A stretch of DNA of 22,469 bases, taken from contig JBDIWC010000056.1 of the NCBI GenBank assembly GCA_039794085.1, positions 1 to 22,469 of the forward strand, given 5' to 3'. Positions 8,257-15,810 of the stretch are shown here, in pieces. The notes under the pieces were generated by a model. That model was not told the DNA's origin. It did not search any database and saw only the letters and a program-made list of their open reading frames with translations. This DNA comes from Gemmatimonadales bacterium (GTDB lineage Bacteria > Gemmatimonadota > Gemmatimonadetes > Gemmatimonadales > GWC2-71-9). A program made the translations under genes and the position numbers. Numbering within the stretch: the first letter of the stretch is position 1; each line of letters starts with the position of its first letter.

Positions 8257-9405
8257 CTACTTGGCGGTGGGGTCGTCGCCTTCCGGTGGACTTGGAGCGA
8301 TGTAAGGCAGGTACACCCGTGCCGTGGTTCCTTCGGACTCTGCTGACTGGATCCAGACATACCCACCGCCGGCCTTCACGATGCCCTGTACGACGGTCAG
8401 TCCCAATCCGAAGGAGGAGGTCCGGGTGGTGAAGAACGGCTCGAACAGCCGGGTCCGGACCTCGGGGGGCATTCCCCGGCCGGTGTCGGACACCGAGAGC
8501 ACAACCTGGGCCCCGGCCCCCCGGGGCCCGAGGATCGTCTGGGGCAACTCGGCGGGGTAGCTGTTGGCCGTGGTGATGGTCAAGACCCCCCCTTCCGGCA
8601 TCGCCTGCGATGCATTCAGCACCAGGTTCAGAAGCACCTGCTGGAACAGGACGTAATCTCCCCGGACGAGCCCCAGGCCGGGGTCGAGGTCGAGCACGAG
8701 ATGGGTGTGGTCACCGAGGACGCAGGTGATGAGTCCCTCCAGGTCCCGGACGACGTGGTTCCACTGCACCGAGGTGACACGGTGAGGGGAGGGAACGGCG
8801 AGGGCCTCCACCTGCCGGAGGAACCGGAGCGTGGAGGATCCGGCATCCTGCAGGGCGCGAAGGGCGGGATCGTCCGGGGTTCCGGACTGGCGTGCGTAGG
8901 TGCTCAGTCCGTGGACCGCATGCTCATGGCTGCGCGCAATTCCCCGGGCGAGCTGGGCCACGGCTCCCAATCGCTGGGCGAGCCAGAGCCGCTCCTCCAT
9001 CTGTTTCTGATCCTCCACATTCCGTATCTGGCCCAGGAAGGCGATGGGGTGCTCCGAGCCGGACCCGGTGCGAAGGGGGGTCAGGTGAACCTGCACCGGG
9101 ATGAGACGGCCGGTCCGATGCCGGAGGAAACCCTCCCCGCTCCACGGTTGCCCCTCCTGGGCCGCATTGCGGATCCGATCTGCAAGGGACGTGTCGCCGG
9201 TCAAGCGGGAGAGCCAATGGGCGGGAGCCTTGATGTACTCCTCGGGTTGGTAGCCCGTCAGCCCGGCAAACACCGCGTTGCCCCAGAGCACTTCGCCTCC
9301 TTCGTCGGCTCGGGGGGCGGAGATCAGCACCACGGCATCGCGGGATGCTTCCAGGGCCGCCTCCAGAAGCCCCGGCGCCGGACAATCGGAAAGAGGTGTC
9401 GTCAT
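8257..9405 (-). CDS. PAS-domain histidine-kinase-like protein with degenerate H-box
   Basis: PAS (NAVFAGLTGY..EE; WSGE..RHRTG) and HATPase boxes (QVLLNLVLNA, DTGRGM, FEPFFTT, GLGL). The H-box reads GIARSHEH instead of GIAHDFNN. No TM or receiver domain. Confidence 0.8.
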   Translation of the reverse strand: MTTPLSDCPAPGLLEAALEASRDAVVLISAPRADEGGEVLWGNAVFAGLTGYQPEEYIKAPAHWLSRLTGDTSLADRIRNAAQEGQPWSGEGFLRHRTGRLIPVQVHLTPLRTGSGSEHPIAFLGQIRNVEDQKQMEERLWLAQRLGAVAQLARGIARSHEHAVHGLSTYARQSGTPDDPALRALQDAGSSTLRFLRQVEALAVPSPHRVTSVQWNHVVRDLEGLITCVLGDHTHLVLDLDPGLGLVRGDYVLFQQVLLNLVLNASQAMPEGGVLTITTANSYPAELPQTILGPRGAGAQVVLSVSDTGRGMPPEVRTRLFEPFFTTRTSSFGLGLTVVQGIVKAGGGYVWIQSAESEGTTARVYLPYIAPSPPEGDDPTAK

Positions 9406-9469
9406 TCTGGGTGAAGTGTAACCCGGTTGGCCACTGGCATCCTCCCCGGTCGTCCCCTACACTTGAGCG

Positions 9470-10540
9470 ATGCCCTTTCTCGACTCCAATCACCAGCGCG
9501 CCGCCATTCTCATCACGTTGCTGGGCGTGGTGGTGGCCATCGCGCTCGCGCCGTATGTCAGCGGCCTCCTGGGCGCACCGGTTCTGTACGTCATTCTCCA
9601 CCCGGTGCACGCGGTGCTCGCCCGGCGAATGCCCCCACCCCTGGCCGCCGTCGTCGTCATCGCGTTGACGCTTCTGCTGGTGGTGGTTCCGGGGGTCTGG
9701 CTCGTCGGGGTTCTGGTCGGCCAGGCCCAGGGCATGGCCCGGTCGGTGCTCCAGTCTCCGGTGCTCGATCGCATTGCGGCGATCGAGATAGGGACCTTCG
9801 CGCTTGGCCCCCAGCTTGCCCGCGCGGGAGAACAGGTCATCAGCTGGCTGGGGGGGAATGCGCTCGGGCTTATCGGCACGGCCACCCGGTTCATCCTGAA
9901 CCTGACCTTCTCGCTCTTCGCCCTGTACTACCTGCTCCTTCATCCGGCCCGGATCTGGGAAGGGGTGGAACCCTACATCCCCTTCTCCCGGGAAAACACC
10001 CGGCGGCTGCAGCAGCGCTTCCGGGATGTGACCGCCTCAACCGTCATCGGGACCGGGGTCACGGCCCTCCTGCAGGGAGGGCTGCTCGGCATCGGCTTCG
10101 CGATCTTTGATCTGGCCAATCCGTTGTTCTGGGGCGTGGTGACGGCGGTGTTCGCCATTCTCCCCCTGGTGGGGAGTGCCCTGATCTGGGGGCCCGCAGT
10201 TGTCGCCATGCTGCTCGACGGCCGTACCGGGGCCGCCGTGGGGCTCGGCCTCTGGAGCGCGATCCTGGTCATCAATGTCGACAACGTCATCCGCCCGATC
10301 ATCTACAACAAGTACGCCAGGATTCATCCCCTCGTGACGCTGGTGGGAGCGGTGGCCGGGGTGAGTTACCTCGGATTGCTCGGCCTGCTGATCGGACCGC
10401 TCGCGCTGAGCTATTTCTTCGAGGTCATCGGCATGTACCGGAGGGAGTACTTCGCCCCCGTCGTCGGCGACGCTCCCGAGTCGGGGAACATTCTGGTGGT
10501 CCCGGGGGCCGGATCACCGGAGGAGGTTCCGCCACCCTGA
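9470..10540 (+). CDS. AI-2E family transporter (UPF0118)
   Basis: Multi-TM protein with LPLVGSALIWGP, VDNVIRP, IHPLVTL and GLLGLLIGP motifs. Confidence 0.9.
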   Translation: MPFLDSNHQRAAILITLLGVVVAIALAPYVSGLLGAPVLYVILHPVHAVLARRMPPPLAAVVVIALTLLLVVVPGVWLVGVLVGQAQGMARSVLQSPVLDRIAAIEIGTFALGPQLARAGEQVISWLGGNALGLIGTATRFILNLTFSLFALYYLLLHPARIWEGVEPYIPFSRENTRRLQQRFRDVTASTVIGTGVTALLQGGLLGIGFAIFDLANPLFWGVVTAVFAILPLVGSALIWGPAVVAMLLDGRTGAAVGLGLWSAILVINVDNVIRPIIYNKYARIHPLVTLVGAVAGVSYLGLLGLLIGPLALSYFFEVIGMYRREYFAPVVGDAPESGNILVVPGAGSPEEVPPP

Positions 10541-10609
10541 GGGTCCTAGTCGGGGCGGTGTCCCGGCAGGAAGGCTGCCTTTCCTCTCTCCAAGTTGGTG
10601 TTGGCTCAC

Positions 10610-10645
10610 GAGATTGCCACGTCGGCTTCGCCTCCTCGCAATGAC
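10610..10645. repeat. REP/RPE-like palindromic element GAGATTGC...CTCGCAATGAC
   Basis: gagattgccacgtcggcttcgcctcctcgcaatgac has ATTGC/GCAAT arms and an internal GGC-TTC-GCC hairpin. It resembles a widespread intergenic repeat family; single copy in this window. Confidence 0.55.
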
Positions 10646-10666
10646 GGCATCCGTCAGCATCCGAGC

Positions 10667-10700
10667 GAAAAGGGGCGCCGGAAATCCGGCGCCCCTTCCC
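10667..10700 (-). terminator. Rho-independent terminator of the ompA-family gene, possibly bidirectional
   Basis: Plus strand AAAAAGGGGCGCCGG-AAAT-CCGGCGCCCCTT. On the minus strand this is a perfect GC stem followed by a U-run, about 20 nt after the stop at 10721. Confidence 0.8.
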
Positions 10701-10720
10701 GTTGGCGGTCCGTGGGGCGT

Positions 10721-12214
10721 TCAGAAATTCGGACCCCGATCAGTGCACTGGGCCTGGTTGCCCCGGGCCGGGCCCGCGGTTTCCACCCGATGCATCTCCG
10801 CCCGTCGGTTGGCCTGCTTCCCTTCCTCGGTGTCGTTGGACGCCCGGGGATTGCACTCGCCGTACCACCGGAGTTCGATACGCCCGGCGTCGATGCCCTG
10901 CTCCAGGAGCCAGGTTTTGACCGCTTCGGCCCGACGGCGGGACAAGTCGGCGTTGGACGCTGCGCGTCCCGTCCAATCGGTGTGACCCTCGACGACCACC
11001 CGGACCTCAGGGTTGGCCCGCAGCGCCTCCACCACCGATTCGAGCGAGTCGCGATCGGTGGGACGGAAGATCTGCGCCCGGTTGCTCTGGAACAGGGCCC
11101 CGGGGAGGATGATGGTGTCCCGGACGACAGGGGCCGGGCGATAGATCTCGATCGACGCGTTGGCGCTCCTCCCGTCCCGCGTGGCGGTGACCTGGTAGGT
11201 GCCCGGGGTCTGACCGGCGGTGTAGTTGCCGTCGGCCACGGTGCCACCCTGTCCGGACCAGGTGAATCCAGTTGTCTGGGTGGTTCCGTCGGTGAAATGC
11301 GCGGTGGCGACAAACCGGGCGCTCTCGCCGGGCCGGAGCCGGGCGGAGGCGGGAGCGAGGGCGACCCGCTCCACCACGTTCGGGCGAACCGTCACCGTGC
11401 CGCGGGCCAGGTGCTTCCCATGCGTCGCCGTCACGGGGAAGCTGCCGGCCGCAGTGCCCGCGGTGAAGAACCCGTCACTCGTCATGGTGCCGCCCTGGGC
11501 GTCGAAGCCGACCACCGGGGCACGAAGCTGCCGGCTCTGGCCATCGCACTGGAGCCCGGTGACGGTGAACTGCTGGGTCTGGCCCGGCTGCAGGGTGACT
11601 GTGGCCGGGGTGACCCAGATGCTGTCGATCCGGGTGGTGCACTTGTCCTTGAAGATCAGGCTGAGCCCCGCCTGGGCTCCCAGTGTCGTGTTGTCGCTCG
11701 CATCATTGGCGGGATCCGGCACGTAATCCACCAGGCCATCCACCCGCACCGACAACGGCCCCAGGAGCCCGACGCGGAGACCCACCAGGCCCCCGACCCC
11801 GACATCCGTCCCGTCGAACCCGGCGATCGCCTCGTCCTTGGTGTAGAAGTTGACCCCCGGACCACCGCCAATCAGAAGGTGGACCCGGTCGCTGCCGAGC
11901 GGGGCATGGTAGATGGCGCGCAGGTGAAAGGGGACAAAATCGATGGGGCGGCTCCGAGAACCCAATCCAAAAAAATCATTCTGGTCGGTCGCGTTGTAGG
12001 ACCCGTCGAGTTCCAGGGAGAAGTTCTTGAGGATGAACCACCCAAGCCGACCGCCCGCTCCCCAACTGTTCTCGGTTTTCGATCCCCGGTCGAACGAGTC
12101 GTCGTAGTCGGTGAAGCGAGCGAATCCACCCAGTTCGATGGCGCCCTTCTGCTGAGAATGGACGGCGGGGGTGGCCACCAGCATGGCCAAGCCGACGAGA
12201 AAGAGTTTACGCAT
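10721..12214 (-). CDS. OmpA-family outer membrane protein: beta-barrel + two Ig-like (Big_2) domains + OmpA C-terminal peptidoglycan-binding domain
   Basis: Signal peptide MRKLFLVGLAMLVATPAVHS with AGGAG RBS. Barrel ends at QAGLSLIF. VTPATVTLQPGQTQQFTV and LAPASARLRPGESARFVA repeats. VEGHTD, LSRRRAEAV, YGE.NP.ASN and NRR motifs. Confidence 0.88.
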   Translation of the reverse strand: MRKLFLVGLAMLVATPAVHSQQKGAIELGGFARFTDYDDSFDRGSKTENSWGAGGRLGWFILKNFSLELDGSYNATDQNDFFGLGSRSRPIDFVPFHLRAIYHAPLGSDRVHLLIGGGPGVNFYTKDEAIAGFDGTDVGVGGLVGLRVGLLGPLSVRVDGLVDYVPDPANDASDNTTLGAQAGLSLIFKDKCTTRIDSIWVTPATVTLQPGQTQQFTVTGLQCDGQSRQLRAPVVGFDAQGGTMTSDGFFTAGTAAGSFPVTATHGKHLARGTVTVRPNVVERVALAPASARLRPGESARFVATAHFTDGTTQTTGFTWSGQGGTVADGNYTAGQTPGTYQVTATRDGRSANASIEIYRPAPVVRDTIILPGALFQSNRAQIFRPTDRDSLESVVEALRANPEVRVVVEGHTDWTGRAASNADLSRRRAEAVKTWLLEQGIDAGRIELRWYGECNPRASNDTEEGKQANRRAEMHRVETAGPARGNQAQCTDRGPNF

Positions 12215-12453
12215 CCGACACGCTCCTTTGGAAGTAGTCGCACATTCAGCCACCAAACCTGCATTCAGCGGCACACCCCGGGCTACTCAACTGTCCAAGG
12301 CGTGACACTGACCCATGGTTCCAAGATCTACCCGCAGGCCTGAAACGCAAGTCGGGTAGCAACTTGGGGCATATACGGCCGGTTGCGGGAAGAAGTTCCC
12401 TCCTGCGATGGTCTGAGGTGGTGGCGGGGACGGGGCTTGCGTTCGAACCGCGA

Positions 12454-12471
12454 TGTGCATATTTATTCATG
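12454..12471 (+). promoter_or_regulatory. ARG box (ArgR operator) overlapping the putative -10 region and the argG start
   Basis: tgTGCATATTTATTCAtg matches the consensus nnTGMATAWWWATKCAnn. It is an AT-rich island in GC-rich DNA at the head of an operon that ends in argR. A candidate -35 TTGCGT lies at 12437-12442. Confidence 0.85.
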
Positions 12472-13659
12472 ATGCACAAATCGATCGTTCTCGCCTTCTC
12501 TGGAGGCCTCGATACCTCCTACTGCGTACCCCGCCTCGCGGAGCGGGGGTTCGCCGTTCACACCGCCTTCGTGGACACCGGCGGGTCCACGGCCGCCGAT
12601 CGGGAGGCGATTCGAGTCCAGGCCCGGGCGGCCGGTGCAGTGGAGCATCACGAGGTGGACGCCCGGGCGGCGGTGTTTGACCGGTTTGTCCGCTTCCTGA
12701 TTCAGGGGAACGTTCTCCGGGGAGGGGTCTATCCCCTGTCCGTCGCCGCGGAACGCACCCAGCAGGCGATTTCGGTGGTCGAGGTGGCGCGGCAGGTCGG
12801 GGCCGGGGCCGTGGCCCACGGTTCCACGGGGGCGGGCAACGACCAGATCCGGTTCGACATCGCCTTTCGCGTCCTCGCCGCCGACCTGGAGATCGTCACC
12901 CCGATTCGCGAGGAGGCGATGACCCGGGACCGGGCCATTGCCTACCTGGAGGCGCGGGGAATCCCGGTGCCCCCCAGGTCCGGGGCCTATTCGATCAATC
13001 GGGGCCTCTGGGGCACGACCTGGGGTGGAGGCTGGACCCACGACACCTGGGCCGGTCCTCCCGAGGAACTGCTGACGGTTCCGGCCGGCGAGTCCGACGT
13101 CGAGGAACACGTGGTGCGGTGGGACGAGGGCGTTCCCATGGCGCTGGACGAGGTGGCCCTGCCGGGCGCGGACCTCGTGGCGTCCCTGGCCACCCTCACG
13201 GACCGGTTCGGCATCGGCCGGGCCATCCACATGGGTGAAACCACACTCGGCATCAAGGGCAGGATAGGGTTCGAGGCGGGACCGGCTCTGGTCCTGATTG
13301 CCGCGCACCGGGAACTGGAAAAGCTGGTCCTCACCAAGTGGCAGGCCTTCTGGAAGGACCAGCTCGGGCAGTTCTATGGAGACCGTCTCCATGAAGGGCA
13401 CTATTTCGACCCGGCCCTCCGGGACATCGAGGCGCTCCTCTCCAGCAGCCAGCGCCGGGTCACGGGCGAGACCCGGATCCGGTGCGCTCCGGGACGGTTC
13501 CTGGTCACCGGGGCGCGAAGCCCGCACTCCATGATGGATCCGTCGGTGGCCACCTATGGGGAGGAACACACCCTCTGGACGGGGGAGGAGGCCCGGGGCT
13601 TCGCGCGGGTCGGAGCCATCCCCTCGCTTCTCGCGGCGCGCACGGAGGAACCCCGATGA
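12469..13659 (+). CDS. argG: Argininosuccinate synthase
   Basis: VLAFSGGLDTS, YPLSV, AHGSTGAGNDQIRF, YSINRGLWG and GIKGRIGFEA. Start at ATG 12469 or 12472. Confidence 0.96.
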   Translation: MMHKSIVLAFSGGLDTSYCVPRLAERGFAVHTAFVDTGGSTAADREAIRVQARAAGAVEHHEVDARAAVFDRFVRFLIQGNVLRGGVYPLSVAAERTQQAISVVEVARQVGAGAVAHGSTGAGNDQIRFDIAFRVLAADLEIVTPIREEAMTRDRAIAYLEARGIPVPPRSGAYSINRGLWGTTWGGGWTHDTWAGPPEELLTVPAGESDVEEHVVRWDEGVPMALDEVALPGADLVASLATLTDRFGIGRAIHMGETTLGIKGRIGFEAGPALVLIAAHRELEKLVLTKWQAFWKDQLGQFYGDRLHEGHYFDPALRDIEALLSSSQRRVTGETRIRCAPGRFLVTGARSPHSMMDPSVATYGEEHTLWTGEEARGFARVGAIPSLLAARTEEPR

Positions 13660-14771
13660 TGCTCACCAGTCGCGTTCGTCTCGACCGCATCGCCTCGTCC
13701 ACGCGGAATGCGCATCTCACCCCGGATGTGATCGTCGGAGACGAGATCGTCTCCGCGGAGGGGTACCTCCTTGCGGTCCGGATCGCGTCGGACAAGGCGG
13801 CCTACAACACGGTCGAGGATCCCACGGGTCGCATGGTCACTCTGCGCGCGGGAGACATCCTCGCCGGGACCCTCGGGAGCCGCCGTGCCCTCCGCGGGTA
13901 CGCCGGCGAGGTGCCCTCCACCCTCGCCGTGGGCGACACGATCGACGTGCTCAACCTGGGCGGAATCCTGGGCCGCTGCATCTCGGTGAATCCCGACATC
14001 GGTCCCCCCTTCCAGGCGGAAGTGCTCGGCGCGATCCTGGCTTTCCCCGACCTGGGCGACCGGATCGGTCGCCCCGCCACCATCCGGGATCATGCGGTGC
14101 CGGTCGCCGAGGCGATCGAGATCCCCGTGCCGGTGGTCTATGTGGCGGGAACCTGCATGAACTCCGGAAAGACGGTGGCGGCCACCGAACTGGTCCGGGG
14201 ATTGACCCGTGCCGGGTACCGGGTGGGCGCGGTGAAACTGACCGGCGTGTCGCTCATGCGGGACACCCTCAGCATGATGGACGCGGGAGCCGTGGCCGCG
14301 CTCACCTTCAACGATGCCGGGGCGGCCAGCACCCATGCCGGGATGACGGTGCCGGTGGCGCGCGGCCTCTTCAACCGACTCACCACCAGCAAGGGCGTGG
14401 GGGCGGGTCAGCGTCCCGATGTCATCCTGGCCGAGCTGGGAGATGGCATCCTCGGTGAGTACGGGGTGCAGGACATTCTCCGGGCCCCCGACCTGATGGG
14501 CCTTGCGGCGGCGCACATTGTCGCCGCTCCCGACCCCGTCGGATGCTGGGGTGCGCGGGAACTCTTCCAGCACGTGTACGGACTCTCGATCACCGCGATC
14601 ACCGGGCCCGCCACCGACAACGCCGTCGGTCGCGACTACATCACGGCTCAGCTCGGCGTGCCATCCGCCAACGCGCGCCGCGAGCCGGAGGCCCTGACCC
14701 GCATCGTGCTCGATGCCCTCGAGGCGTGGCGTCCCCCGTCTCCTTCCCCCCATTCCCGGGCCACGGCGTGA
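13656..14771 (+). CDS. Uncharacterised P-loop protein (DUF1611/DgcN-like), candidate N-acylglutamate synthase (orfX)
   Basis: 371 aa, coupled to argG (ATGA) and argC (GTGA). Has the Walker-A-like GTCMNSGKT, KLTG...RD and the Walker-B-like VILAELGDG. Confidence is for the CDS; the family assignment is from motif recall and the function is inferred. Confidence 0.85.
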   Translation: MMLTSRVRLDRIASSTRNAHLTPDVIVGDEIVSAEGYLLAVRIASDKAAYNTVEDPTGRMVTLRAGDILAGTLGSRRALRGYAGEVPSTLAVGDTIDVLNLGGILGRCISVNPDIGPPFQAEVLGAILAFPDLGDRIGRPATIRDHAVPVAEAIEIPVPVVYVAGTCMNSGKTVAATELVRGLTRAGYRVGAVKLTGVSLMRDTLSMMDAGAVAALTFNDAGAASTHAGMTVPVARGLFNRLTTSKGVGAGQRPDVILAELGDGILGEYGVQDILRAPDLMGLAAAHIVAAPDPVGCWGARELFQHVYGLSITAITGPATDNAVGRDYITAQLGVPSANARREPEALTRIVLDALEAWRPPSPSPHSRATA

Positions 14772-15796
14772 AGGTCGCCGTGGTCGGGGCGGCGGGATAC
14801 GCTGGCGGGGAGTTGCTCCGGCTGGTCCTGGGGCATCCCGATGTGTCGGAATGTGTCGCCACGAGCCGGAGCCAGGCCGGCAAGCCGCTGGCCGCGGTGC
14901 ACCCGGGGATCGTCGGCATGAGCGACGCCCGCTTCGCCGGCCTCACTCCCGGTGAGGCGTCCCGTGGCGCCGACGTTGTCTTTCTTGCCCTGGAGCATGG
15001 GGAATCCTCGCGGGTGGCGGGGGAGGTCCTGGACGCCGGGCCGGGGCTCGTCATCGACCTCGCGGCCGACTTCCGGATTCACGACGGCCGGTTGCACGAG
15101 CGATTTTACGGTTCGCACCCCGCTCCCGCCCTCGTCCACCACTTTCGCTACGGGCTCGCCGACGTCCTCGGCACCGCGCTGCACGGGGCCCGGGCCATCG
15201 CCGCCCCGGGGTGCTTCGCCACGGCGGCGCAGCTGGCACTGTACCCATTGCGGGAGATTCCTCTCGCCGCGCCCCCCGCGCTCTTTGCCATCACGGGATC
15301 GAGCGGGGCGGGGGTCTCCCCCCGCGCCACGACCCACCACCCGGCCCGGGCGCACAATCTCTTCGCCTACGGCGTCATGGGTCATCGACATGAGGGAGAG
15401 GTGCTCGAGCAGTGGCGGGCCTGGACCGGAAACCCCGCGGGGCATGCCCGGCTCCTGGCGCACGCCGGTCCCTTCGTCCGGGGCATCGCCCTGACGCTGC
15501 ATGCCACACTGCGTGAGGCCGAGGGTGATGCGGCGGTGGAGGCGGTGCGCCGTGCCTGGGAGGGACGTCCGGGGGTGCGCGTGGGGGAGTCTCCCCCCGA
15601 GCTGGCCCATGTCGTGGGCTCCAACATCGCCCTCGTCTCCGCGGCCACCAGCGAGGACCGCCGGGAAGTCCAGATCATGGTGGCCATCGACAACCTGATC
15701 AAGGGGGCCGGGGGGCAGGCGCTCCAGGACATGAACCTGGCTCTTGGGTTGCCCGAAATGGCCGGACTCCAGTTCACCACGCCTTTCCCCATCTGA
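14768..15796 (+). CDS. argC: N-acetyl(acyl)-gamma-glutamyl-phosphate reductase
   Basis: VKVAVVGAAGYAGGEL, DLAADFR, PGCFATA (catalytic Cys), GSSGAG, HRH and DNLIKGAGGQA. Confidence 0.95.
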   Translation: MKVAVVGAAGYAGGELLRLVLGHPDVSECVATSRSQAGKPLAAVHPGIVGMSDARFAGLTPGEASRGADVVFLALEHGESSRVAGEVLDAGPGLVIDLAADFRIHDGRLHERFYGSHPAPALVHHFRYGLADVLGTALHGARAIAAPGCFATAAQLALYPLREIPLAAPPALFAITGSSGAGVSPRATTHHPARAHNLFAYGVMGHRHEGEVLEQWRAWTGNPAGHARLLAHAGPFVRGIALTLHATLREAEGDAAVEAVRRAWEGRPGVRVGESPPELAHVVGSNIALVSAATSEDRREVQIMVAIDNLIKGAGGQALQDMNLALGLPEMAGLQFTTPFPI

Positions 15797-15810
15797 CCAT
15801 CGGACTCCCC

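Noticed and set aside
12243..12269. CATTCAGC direct repeat upstream of the ompA-family gene
   Set aside because: Only two 8-mers 19 nt apart; could be chance, and I recognise no riboswitch or regulator motif.
10595..12343. 582-aa plus-strand ORF
   Set aside because: Antisense shadow of the ompA-family gene.
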